Shown here in pieces: positions 1 to 13,100 of a DNA stretch of 64,000 bases (the first letter of the stretch is position 1; each line of letters opens with the position of its first letter). The notes under the pieces were generated by a model. That model did not search any database. It had not been told where the DNA came from and worked only from the letters and a program-made list of their open reading frames with translations. This stretch comes from Tubiluchus corallicola (Eukaryota > Animalia > Priapulida). The stretch spans positions 62,001 through 126,000 of the forward strand of contig JAQGDQ010000326.1 in the NCBI GenBank assembly GCA_030141605.1, in the 5' to 3' direction. The position numbers and the translations under genes are program-made.

Positions 1-895
1 AAATCATTTTTTTATTCAATAGAACTTGAAAATGTTTTACAGTAAGTGCTGACTAAAAGACTCGCTTTGGGTTGGAACTGTTTTAACCCAATTAACCGAC
101 TGATTCAATTAGCCAACGGGTGTATGAGTCATCACTCATCACCTTAGCGTGCACTGCAAAGGTCTTAAATGATTTTTAGAAAGGAATTAATGACGAAATC
201 TCTACAAGCAATTATTTGAGAATATTAATTTATATAAGTGTATTAAAAAATGAAAATAAAAAATTGTGCAAATCTGACTATTCCACTGAAAATTACAAAA
301 CTTCGTGTAAGGTGTTTCAATTCTTCACAAAGAAGTTGTTTATGAAATTCTCATACTGCTAAAAACATTAAAAATCTGTAGCTGTGTGCTGCATATGTTC
401 ACGCAAAACACCTAGTCACCTAGTGCTTGAGCTGCAGTTGGTGGTGACTTGTTTCTTTTATGATAAACAGTGGGATCTCCAAAAGTAAACCACTGGGACT
501 GGGCCAGTGATTAAATGTGTAGAAACAACGAGGTTAACTGCAGTGGGCAAGCAGGTGACAGATTCAAAGGAAAACCATTACGCTAAAATAATAGCACATA
601 TGATAAGCATACCTTCTTATAAAAAACCTGTACCTAACACGACTGTTGCTACGTATAATGTAGTGCACAAAACGACGTAAAGATGACATAAAATCAAAAA
701 AAGCTCGTTGGGCACACACAAGTGCCATATTTCAAGGCAAACTAAGATGATCTAAAAGTCATAAAAGCTTATTAGTCACATGAAAGTGTCTTATTGAAGC
801 ATATGAAGCAAAAATATTGAGTCAATTAAAGGGAATTATTTGAGCAAATTACCGACAGTTTTTATATACATTTGAATAGAAGCAGGAATAACCAT

Positions 896-957
896 CATTT
901 TTGAGTCAGTTAAGCAACTGATTCTATTAACCGTGAGTCTAATGAACAGTGCCTACT
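896..957. repeat. Dispersed repeat, copy A (similar to 10907-10969)
   Basis: catttttgagtcagttaagcaactgattcta...cagtgcctact aligns with catttttgagacaattaggcaactgattcta...cggtgcctact at 10907-10969. Confidence 0.6.
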
Positions 958-1165
958 GTATCATTCTGAAATTTGTAAATATTTCTAGTACACAAACTTT
1001 TTACTATTCTTGATAACCGATACACACCACAAGATTATGCAGCCATCTTAGTTTTGGCATAAGAATAAACAATGCTAAACAATGCTTAATGATCTCAGGA
1101 TTAACGCAACAGTTCTGCACAATATTACACATAAATGTAATAAAACTTAACTTTCCAATACTTAC

Positions 1166-4100
1166 GTCAAGAATGAAACTTTATCACCATGAAACATACT
1201 CGCTGATGTACTTGCACTCATAGACAACTCCATCTGTTGTTAGAAAAAATTTTTTGTTACTGGCATAATTAGCAGCACAGAAACCTCAAGTTTGCATCAA
1301 GGAATCATTTAGAATTTTAATCTGCTTATAGTTTTATGAACTTACAATTCTCTTTTGCAACTTGGCTAACTGCTCATCTTTGCTTCTGAGTGACTATAAT
1401 AAACAAAAAGAGACAATAGCAATAACGGCTCATTTATTACAGAAAACAAGTAAAAGCTGTCTCACACCAAGATTACATAAGAATTGTGCCTGAAATATTC
1501 AATGTTTTTCCTTTTATGCTTATATTTGCAATTCAAAGCAATGTGTCGCAATTTTAAACATAAAAATTTGATGATAAAAACTAACTAGGGGAGTAATTAT
1601 CCACAGAGGGGTGTAGTTGTCTTGATGGAGATGATTTATCCGGAAGGAGGTGAAAATTACAGCACATGTTCTATTTTTCTTTAAAATATATTGAATATCT
1701 ATGAAAGACACAGAAAAACAAAACCACAGTCAGGTAGTGTATCTGAACCTTAGATCCTTATACAGACAGAAATCGAAGTTTAATTACTAAGGAACAAAAC
1801 TTTAAATGTGGCCGAGTTATACTGTGTGCGATTATACTTTAATACTCATTTCTTTAAAAATTATAAAAAAATTCCAATTTGCAGGAATAGACCCAAAATC
1901 AGTAGGCACTGATGTTGACTCATACTTTGCCCCTATGTACAAATTAAACATCCCAGATTACTCCACGGCCGATAAAAAGTGGCGATAAAAAAGACAGGCA
2001 GGATCAATACGTAATTCTATCGTTGACCATTTTGCCGATGCAACTATAATTAGATTTCATCTACCTAAACCATCTACTCATGTCATTAATCATTTTTCAT
2101 TTTAATTTGAGGCTTTAAGAGAACAACAAACTCACCTCTTCCAGCTCACAAATCTTTTCTTGTTCATTAAGCACCATTGTTGAGTCACCAATATCACTAA
2201 AAACAAAGATTTTCCAGTATTTAATAGCCTGCAGAGACACACCTGCCTGTCTAACAGTTTCCCTATTTTACGATATCGAATTTAAAACATGCACTCTTAA
2301 TTTCTGAAATTCTGCTAAAGTTAAACTAGCTGTAAATCAAAAATGTACAATTTTCACTATCTTGCAACTTCTATGGCTGCAGTGCTTGAGGCATATACTA
2401 AAGAAATTTGACATTTCAACTTGCCAAACATCTGCTTTGCACTATCCGATTATCACTATCAGATTATAAGTTAAGTTAACCACATATTTTATTCGTTTAT
2501 AATGATCGCATAATCAAGAATGCATAAAAACATGCACAAATCAGTTTTACCCCGCAGTAGAAGTAGATGCTGCAGATGCTGATGGCACTTCTTGTCCTTC
2601 GATCACATCCATCTTTCCAGACATCAACTTCTGTATCAAAGCTAACAAAACAAAATGAAATGATTGGGACCTCCTTATCTACCAATATGAATGCTGGCCA
2701 TGCATTCACATTCATTAGTTATCCCCTCATAAATATATATCCGCAGGATCTTGCTTTGTTATTAAATCTTTGTTTATAAACCACACACAAGGCCAGGCAC
2801 ATTATGAAGGGTATCACTCTAAAATAAGCCACTAAACCGGCAAGGGTGTTCTAGCCACATTCAGACGTACATACATCCTCCAAGTCTGCGAGGTAAACAG
2901 TCACAATATCAAAAGCAGGTAGTCACGAACCAGTCATGGGAAGCACCACATGCGTAACTACTTGGCTACATAGCCATCACTAATATGAATATCCACTTTA
3001 TAAGATTAGAGTATCACAGCAATTCATGGTTTTGTAATGGGAGAACAACACTAGAGTTTAACGTCATGCAGTGTACCTTGATTTTTGTCCTGTTCAGCAA
3101 GTAACTCCGCCTCTCGTTGTTTCAAGCGATTAATGACCAGTTCTTTCTCGGCAGCAACCTTTGCAACAACTTCATTAAACTGCATCTGTATTAAAAGTGA
3201 TTGAGATTAGAAATAAATTTCACCATTCACAATATCGTTAATAATTACAGGCATCTGCATGTATCATATACACTGCAAAGCCCACAATTCATCGGCAATT
3301 ATAATTTAGTCCAAAAGCAAGTTTGAAGAAAAAAATTAGGAGCACTAATAAGATGCAAAGCCTGGCAAAGTATGGTGTAGGCAAACAGTTTGCTTACTAT
3401 TGTTTTTGTTTCAATTCACAAACAATGGAAAAAGCAAGCTGTAGCAGTAATCTGCTGCAAATGGAATGCATATCACACACATTCTACTGCTTTTCATTTG
3501 TACTGCAGTCACAGCAATTAACAACAATCTCACATGTTAATATGGTAAGATGTCAAAAAATACTTTGAATGATAGCAATGCAAAAAAATCATAGACACAT
3601 TCATGGATGTTTTTTAACGTTTATTCTTTCTTACAAAAACAAAAATTTCGAAACCCATTACGAGTTTCCTTATGAGTGTTTATTGAGCAACATGGCATGC
3701 CCTGAAATGGCAGATCGAAGACAAAGACCTAACAAAAACCCAAGTGCCCTCCCCACGACCAGAATCACCACCCCAGAAGGTCATGGAGAGGACACTTTTA
3801 TTACGTTGATGTTTTCAATAATGGATGCTAAACTGTTTAAAATACTTTGAATGACAATAACCTTTGAATGAAGTAAGAACAGACATACGAAACCTTGAAA
3901 AACAAAGTGATGTGATAACTACAAACACTTAGGATGTTCCTAGGTGGAGGGTTAATAAGTATACCTGTCTTTCTGCCATGGTGTTAGATTTTGCCGATAC
4001 AACTGCTTCGTTCTTTTCTTTTTCTAGCTGAGTTTTCAACTTCTCTACATTCTCGTCATGCTCAGCTTTCTGTTCCTCTAAAGCCTCCCGAATAGCATTA

Positions 4101-7100
4101 TCTTTCTCTGCTATGAAGTCTGCCCTGAGATGAGATAGTATAGTGTGAGTCTGCTCACCGTCGTCAAAACTGTCTGGACTTGATCCGAGTTCCGTCTGAC
4201 TGCGGTAAGCCAAGCGTAAACGAGACCTGGTATTTTCCAGCTCAGAACGAAAGTTTTCGCGTAATCTCTCTTTTTGCTCCTCTAGAGCTGTACGTTTTTC
4301 CTCTTCCAATTTTGTTTGCTGTTCCTTTAAAGCCTGGGCTTGTTTCACTTCATGTATCCCTCGCAACTGTTCAAGATTTTCACTATGGAGTGTTTGTAGT
4401 TCGTCTCTTACTTTACTAACTGTTTCCTCTCCCTCAGTCTGCAGATTTCTCTTCTGTTCTTCCAATTCTTCTAAATGATTCTTCTGCAGGGTCTCCTTCA
4501 CTTCCTTTCGCACCTCATCTTCTCGAAACTTATAATCGGTTTCAAGAATTTTCCTCAAGCGGTCTTTTTCCTCTTGAAATTGTTCGTGGTACGTACCATT
4601 CATTTGCTCTTTCTCCATAGCCATGTTAATTAGTTGCTTTTGCAGCTCGGATATAGTGTGATTCAAGTCATTAATCTCATCTTCTTTATCACTCAGGGTT
4701 TTGCTATATTCACTCCTTAGACTGTCCAGTTCAAGCTCATGTTCTATTAATATCTCCTTCACATACTGCTCTTTCTGATCTTTAAAATCTTTCTCCAGTT
4801 CCATTTTTTCATTTTCGTATTCTTCCCTTAAAGACTCCATCTTTTCAGTTAGCTCAACTATCTTTTGATGTAGATTGTCCACCTCTTTTTGACTATCGTA
4901 CAAAGCGGTCGATGCCACCTCGACTTTATGCTCAAGCTGTGCAACGACTTCTTCATGCTCAGCAGTCAACTTATTCATAGCAGTAGCAAGTGCGGCCGCT
5001 TTCACTTGCTCACTGTACTCGTCAAACTTTCCCAGGAAATTTTTTACTGCATCTGATTCATTTTGCATAGCAACGGCGGCTTCCTGTTTGATTTCAACAA
5101 CGAAATTTCTAAGTGAGTAAAGCTCGGCTTTTAATTTCACTGTATTTTCTACTTCCATACCTAATAATTTATCAAGTTTTGATTGAGAATTAGATAACTG
5201 ATTTTGACATAAGGACAGTTTTTCGTGTGTAGCATACAACTCTTGATCTTTCTCGAGCATTTGTCTTTGTAACTCATTAAGTACCTCATGGTACTTATTC
5301 TGAGGTTTAGCAACCGGTTGTCCATTGCTGTCCGTATACGAAGACGGCATTGACTCATCCATATAGAAATCAGCTGTTACAAATTCTGGGGAGGTATCAA
5401 TAGGCAAAGGGCAAATATCGGATGATGGAGAAGCATCTTGGTTGGACTGGCTGCAAGGAGTAGGAGAAGTGACTAGATTAGTTGCATTATCACTAGCTTC
5501 AACTTTTGAGCTAACGTCTGTCTCTTTTTCAGACATCACTATTTCTATGTCTAGATCGTCGACAATCGGCACAACGCTACTTGTTGTAAGAGTAATCAGT
5601 TCTTCGCCGTCCGCATCAACTTTATTATCTTTCTCACTGGCAGATGGAGTTGCCAAACTCTGCGAATCAGACAAGTGAAAGTTCACGCTAGCAGATGCTT
5701 CTATTGTTTCCCTTTTAAGTTCGTGTGCAGCAACATCCGACTCTAACCTTTGCACAGGCATGTCATCATTTATTGGCAAAGAATTCATAGCACGCGAACA
5801 CAAAGTTACTAGCGAATCAACCCTGTTTTGCTTTTCGTAATTTTGCCTTACATCGTGCGGTATAATGGGTTCAGAATTTGCAAGTCGGCTTGGACTCAAT
5901 TTCTCCTGCTGTTTCATCCGCATCAGAGCACCATCTGAATTTGTCGTTGTCTTGCTAAGAGTCTGGCAGAGAGTTGTCGAACTTGGACCTAGCACTTGTC
6001 TTGATGACAGCTTCATTGCTACGGTCTCTACGTCTGGGACACTGTAAAAAACAGTCTTCACTCAGATTTAATTATATGATATACTAATTATTATTCTACT
6101 GATTATATGTTAATGTAGTTGAGAAGGTGCAAATAACTTAATAATATGATATTGTGCATACAATTTTAGCTACACAGAATGATAAAATTTACTAGATAAT
6201 TATGATAATTATTGAGTATATATACTTGATGCTGAAACAGAAGTTAAAGGTACAGCAATGGCATTGATCGTATTATTTATTTAACTATAAAATTGAACAA
6301 AACTCGAGAAATATGGTGAATGGCAATAAAAAAAGTTGATTTACCTCAAAATATCAGCAAGCTCAGGTACTCGCTCACGTAAGCTTTCAATGTCTTCTCT
6401 ATTAACACAAGGTAGCTTGTCATCAAATGGACCAGGTGCTTCCATCTAAAAATTAAAATTGGATTACTATCGTCTACTGTATCTCTGCAGTCATAAACTT
6501 GCTTTCAACATAAGTTTGTCAGCAACATATTAAACTCTATATTGGTCACTTTAATAATAATTCCTGGCATACAGTACACACAGCACTGCCAAGAAATTTT
6601 CCAAAATAAACAAACAACAAACAATTAAGATTCTGAATTGAATAATTTTGGAGATCACCCGTAACATTAACCAACAAAAGCACGTATTTGTGAGCAAAGT
6701 CATGCAGAAATGAGGACTAAAATAAATCTTTAGATTGTTTGAAGACCTACGATGTAACAAACGTAATCGTGCAATTTATTTTGAATGTTTCAGCTGTCCT
6801 AGCAGCCACCTGTGGCTAATTTTACTTACAGAGAACAAAAGAGAAAGGAAATAATTAGAAAACAAAGTTATGAACCACGTAACCAAACAAAAACTGTTAG
6901 AGCAGTCAGAACAATCTAAATAATTACATTGTTATGTTTGTCACATTGCTGGTGTTCTAGTTTGTATGTAACATTACTGCATTTATTCAACAGTATTATT
7001 AGTGACACAGAAAGTCATATAGAATGGGAGAAGGGATCAGTTATTTCTGAAATATTATATTTTAAAAAATGAGTGATGATTAAACTTTGTTGTAACTGGA

Positions 7101-10100
7101 GGAGAGCTTACTGCAAATGGTGGTGGATAGCTGTCCAGACCCGGAAATAATGCAAGCAGGAAGTGACCCAGCATTCTGCCGTTAAACTCTTCACGTTGTA
7201 CCATTTCTTCACTGTGTGCTTCCCTTGATGATTCAGCCAGTCTGCTTGACCACTGTAACCGAGAAGCAATTTATGTTATAGCCTCAATGTTTCAATGGTT
7301 AGAAATGCAAACTTATACAAAATTAAAAAATGTGGAGATTCAAAATGAAAACAACACTAAAACTGCACTACATACTAATATGAGTCTGTTTCAGCAGGAA
7401 AACATCTTACAGTATCGTGTTGCTGATCAGGGGTTCATTTGATTTGTGAAAAAAAATCAGCTAATTTTATATGAAAAACTGCTGTAGGGATTTTTGCAAG
7501 TACTAGCCATGTACTGTCAAGACATGTGTCCAAATAAAAGCTTCTTACTCGGAGGAACTCGTCGGAGAACTGACGCCTTCGCACAACCTCAACAAGAGCT
7601 GTGGCGTAAATCTGAGGAGTACTGTACACTTGTTTCATAACTTCTAGGTGGCGGCGTAGTCGTTTCAAACTCTCATGGTAAATAATTAGTTTACTGTCAG
7701 CATCACACATACTTTTCTCAACATACATAATCCACCTGAAAAATAACAAAACTTTTGTGATCGACTTCGCAGCAAAAATAATTTGAAATTTGTGCATCTC
7801 AGTTAAACAAGGCCAAAATGAGCTAAAATTACAAAGTATTAAGTTATTTTAATCCCGAGTCACTTACAACATTGTTCCTCACACATTTTTATGTGTTGTG
7901 CTTATATCATGCCTTCTACTATGATATGTGCAGAAAATAATATTAAACATTTTAAAGTACTATTGTGCATGTCACTCTGCACTTACCTCAAAACTACATA
8001 CATCAGTGAGATGGCAAATTCTTTTGTAATTCATAAACATAACAAAACTGATGTAAATTTTACAGCATAATTTTTAGGATAAGGACTGACATACTGACTT
8101 AATGACCACTGGTTTTTAACTGATGTCTTATTATTTGTATCCTGTATATATTTTTATTTTACTTTACATTTGTTTGTACATATTTTTATATATTTAGTAA
8201 AGCATGCCACTAGTATTTCTTAGTATCATTAACACAACTCTTTAATATGCTTTAAATGTAAATAAACAAAATAAAAGTTGTCAGCTTAAAGTTAACCGAT
8301 GCATTATAAGCAAATCTTAAGCCAAACTAACTAGTGGTCAAAACTGAAATAATTTCAGATCCCCTTCACAGAATGCTGAAGATGGAAATTTTTCTGCAGT
8401 GCACAAGTAAACAAACAGAGTGTGATTTGTACCAGATTTCAAGTAATATTGTCCAAGTTCACACTCAGTGCTAAAAAGATCAAAATCGAGCAAACCTAAG
8501 CCTGTGGTGTAAGTTGACTGATAACTCTTCTTTGGCAAGTGTGCAGCGACGTCGTATGTCACGCAGATGTTGGTGACTTTTCAACATCACCTGCAGCTGT
8601 TTCCGGTGACTATTGCACAAATCCGGCAATATGGATTTATCCCTGATTGCACCAGCTCGTTCTTGATTTTTTACAAATGACTGAAATAAATTAACTCATA
8701 CATTCATTAATTCATTAAACTAGTCTAAAATGTGAAGTGTTACTCACCAATTGAGTTTTCTCTGCCTAGCTGCTTGGACATGTTATTTAGAACACCACTT
8801 ACTGTTTTTCGTAAAAATTTGGGACATAGATTCACTCTACTTGTGACATCACAATTTTAAAAACTGATAAAAACTTATTATGCAAAGAATAACAACAACA
8901 GCAACATTACTACAGCAAAACAAATCTCCTTATAGAGTCATTTTGCAAACGAGTAATCCCCACATTTTAGCTGTCTTTCCCGAATTATTATCTTCCAGTC
9001 ACAGAGAAACTTATATTTCATCCCCTTAGTCTTGTACTGCAATTAGAATGCAGCTGCATTTCATACTTGGCTACCCTTGTGGCTTCATTATACATCACAT
9101 TACATATTTTTAGGAGCTGAAATCTTGCTCTGCATGTACACTGTGTACATGACCAAATACACAGTCCAGAATTTAGTGCAAATTTACAATGCTTCTTGAT
9201 CTTCTTGCATAAACGTTTTGCAATATTCCTGCAAATGTGCCAATGTAGTGCAAGCCCACGTCTCATAATAAAATAATTTTTGACATCTAGCTCAAAGTAC
9301 ATATGCCCTTAGAAATAGGCAGATCTTTGCATTTATAAAAAATATTAGCATAACAATCATAACATTTACATGTTGTTGGCATGTCTACCTGAGCTAATTC
9401 AGCTTGTTCTTGGACGATTTTCCTTGCATCTTGCATGAGCTGTTCAAGACCAAATAATCGGTCACCAAGTCCTTTCACTTCTTTCATACTAGGTGTATCG
9501 GCTAGTTCCAGAACCTTGCTTATTTCTTCCTCGCCGCTTTCAAGAACTTCTTCGTTGAACTATAAGACAAAGAAAAATGATAATGAAAGAAAATTCATGA
9601 AGACTCATTTAGTTTGTTTATGTAAAGTATACTTTATTACCTAAATTATGCTTTAGTAAAGCTGTATTAATGAAGACATAATGGTATGGAGAATAATGAC
9701 TGCAAAAACGTTAAATAATGAGGTTTTAAGAGAAAACTGTTACAGACGTCAAAGAAAAAGATCAGCAAAAATGTTTCTGTAAAGTGATATTTAGTTTCAT
9801 GAAATCACATGACAGTGACAGCCAAGAACTTGTTTGTAATATTTATTTTTGTTACATTTCATGCATATTTTTATAAATGTTTTTTTTCTGCTTTTTATCT
9901 TAAGTATTTTTTTTTGGTTTTTATTTTGCATATNNNNNNNNNNNNNNNNNNNNNNNNNNNNNNNNNNNNNNNNNNNNNNNNNNNNNNNNNNNNNNNNNNN
10001 NNNNNNNNNNNNNNNNNNNNNNNNNNNNNNNNNNNNNNNNNNNNNNNNNNNNNNNNNNNNNNNNNNNNNNNNNNNNNNNNNNNNNNNNNNNNNNNNNNNN

Positions 10101-13100
10101 NNNNNNNNNNNNNNNNNNNNNNNNNNNNNNNNNNNNNNNNNNNNNNNNNNNNNNNNNNNNNNNNNNNNNNNNNNNNNNNNNNNNNNNNNNNNNNNNNNNN
10201 NNNNNNNNNNNNNNTTATTTTGATTGTTAATTTGCATATTTGTTTTGATTTTTATCATGAGCATTTGCTTTGGTTTTTATGTTGCATATTTGTTTCGAGT
10301 CTTGTCTTGCAAATTTGTTTTGATTTTTATCTTATGTATTTGTTGTGATTCTTATTTGTGTATTATACGCTTGCACTCCAGGAAGCAGACAGCTTTTCAA
10401 TTTTAATGATACTTATCACACTTATAATAAAGCTCATGAAAGTACTGAATTTCCACTGGGAATGTTTGCTACATTATTTATTAATTTGTAATTGTTGCTA
10501 AATGAACTCAACAAGAAGTGTACTAGAACTGTATCATGAATACATAATTCTATTTGTTTTATGGTATGCTTAGTTACTAAAATGGCTACGGCAAAAAGTT
10601 GTAAACACACTAAAAATAAATGGCATATTATTTTTTGCTACAGTGATCAACATACAATCAGGTGTTTTGAGTTGCTATTTTTAATTCAAATTCCTGTTGT
10701 AAAAATATTTGAACAACTTTGCATAGTTCTGTATTTTTGTTTTTTCAGCTTATGAATAATTTATTTTTTCTTGCTTTCACGGTTATCGGAAAAATTGGAC
10801 AAAACCTGGACCGTTAAAAATCCCACATACTACGGACACAGTTCGCTGACTGCTAGTTGGCAGGCCGTTACTTTGTTTACATCATTACATCAGTGTAGGA
10901 GCTAGACATTTTTGAGACAATTAGGCAACTGATTCTACATTACCGCGAATGTAATACACGGTGCCTACTATATTAGCTTTTAGCAACAGTAAACATGCAA
11001 AACCGGCAAATTCGGACCGACGTCTCGCTGCTTTTGTCCGGCAAACAGAGATATGAGTGCACTTATTTGCGGTATACCCAGCTTCAGTATTCTGTAAGCT
11101 GGGATTCAACATGCGTTAGCAGAACCTATTGATGTAGGTGATTGTGGCAAGACTGGAATCTGGATCATCATCAACAATAATCTACGAGATGGCACACTTA
11201 ACTTCCTCAGGACCACACCACTCAAAATGGGTATTATTAGACTTATGACTTCTGATATTGCATGAGCAAAGATATAACTAAATGATTATAAATTAGGTAA
11301 TGTTTGATTCAAGAGAATCTCAGTACCCAATCATGCTATTTGTTTAAACATTTATAAGTGACTTAAATGGGTAAAATTAAGAATTGCACAAACTCTTCAC
11401 CCACACCAATTTAGCTTATTGAATAGCTTACTCTGGTTTACACTTGTGCGATCGTATACACTATTTTATTGATTGCCTGTTTTGCTACAGCCCAAGAGAA
11501 CTGTCTGCTGTACAGAATTCTACTACTATTCCAGGAAAAACAAACTGCAGCCATGGACAAATTAAGGTCGTTTCACCTTTTAATAAGAATTTTTCTTTAG
11601 AAATAGAGTAGACGTTGAGGCCAAAATCTAGTGAAGTGTTGCGTCTGGATATTTGAAACTTTCTGTATTAGTTGATCTCACACAAGTGATCATTGTTATA
11701 GTGCAAACACTGCAATTACTGAAAGCTTTTTTTGCCATTTTTTTCGTCAAAAATGGATTGTCAATTCATCTAAGGCAAACAAATGCATCACATATATAAC
11801 TTTGCATGAAAATCCATTGTGTGACGAGTAAAAATCTGCAAAAATTATTAAATATAATGTAATCATTGCTTAGTGAGAGCAGTTTTTCATTAATCCATGC
11901 AAAATGCAGCTAACTCTTACGGAGGTAAACTGCAGACGCGTGTTAGCCATGTTCCTAGACAAAAATTTTCTCCTGCTCTAACAAAAGAGGCTGTACTGCC
12001 TTGGCAAAAAATTACCTGTTCCAGTCCTTTCCTACAATGTTCTGCAATTTGGTCAAGAGATTGCTGGCTACCCTGAAAATAAAAACAACTGTGAAATCAC
12101 TACACAAAAAATTAAGATTAATATAACAAAAATGTTTGCTTTCAGCGGACGCATTGTACACTGCAAGTCTCGACTCTTGAAAGTTATTAGTTGCACAACA
12201 GTCATTTTTTCAGAGCAAATTTAATGCATCAACTAGGAACAGCACAGGTATAACAGTATATTATATATAATACCTTGGCACTAATCCATTCTAAAAGGCT
12301 AGGCAGTTGTTCTTTATCTGAGCACACCCCACTGTCCACTATATGCTCACCAGCATTCTCCAAAAGGCATGAAAGCAAAGGAATTTTGCTAAGTAGCAAT
12401 AAGCTGTCTGAAAAACTAGAAAGAAAAATAAAACATCTACATTAGAATGCATCTTTGCTTTTTATTTGACGAAAGTGATATTATCCAAAGAAAAAATAAC
12501 AGCATGACTGACTCTCTTTAAGATGCTAAGATCTGTGTTTAATCACAATGAATTGCCAAATAATTTTTGCATTATAACCATGCAATTCAAATCTTGAATA
12601 AACATAGGCATCCACACTAAAGTGCACATCTCATAGGTGTGTGTAGTACACTCTGCCCAGGGAAAAAACACATGACTTAAATTAATTTTAAATTTTCAAG
12701 GGTTCTCTTAAGCAGTAAGACTTTTTTCCATTTTGCACATTTCTCATCGACATTTCTAGTTAAAATGGCTTTCTCCTTGATTGGAAGTGGTGCTGACAAG
12801 CCACTAGCATAAGCTATTTAGTTTTTTGCTGGCTTACTGCTGTGTTTACTTGTCTTGAGAGTGGATTTCTTGTATTTTAAAGTTCTGCCTGCCATATGTC
12901 TATAATTGACATAAAGGGCATATGATGACGATGATTCTAGAAAAGCGTAGCAATAGAAGTGGTGCTAACAAACCACTGGCACAACAGTATCTAGTTTTTT
13001 TGATGGATTACTGTTGTGTTTATCTGTTTTGAGAGTGGAATTTCTTTATTTTAGACAATGTCTACAATAAAACGTAATGGGTATGTATCCTGTTAACCTA

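Noticed and set aside
9797-10348. ORFs spanning the N gap
   Set aside because: They are artefacts of Ns and T-rich low-complexity flanks.
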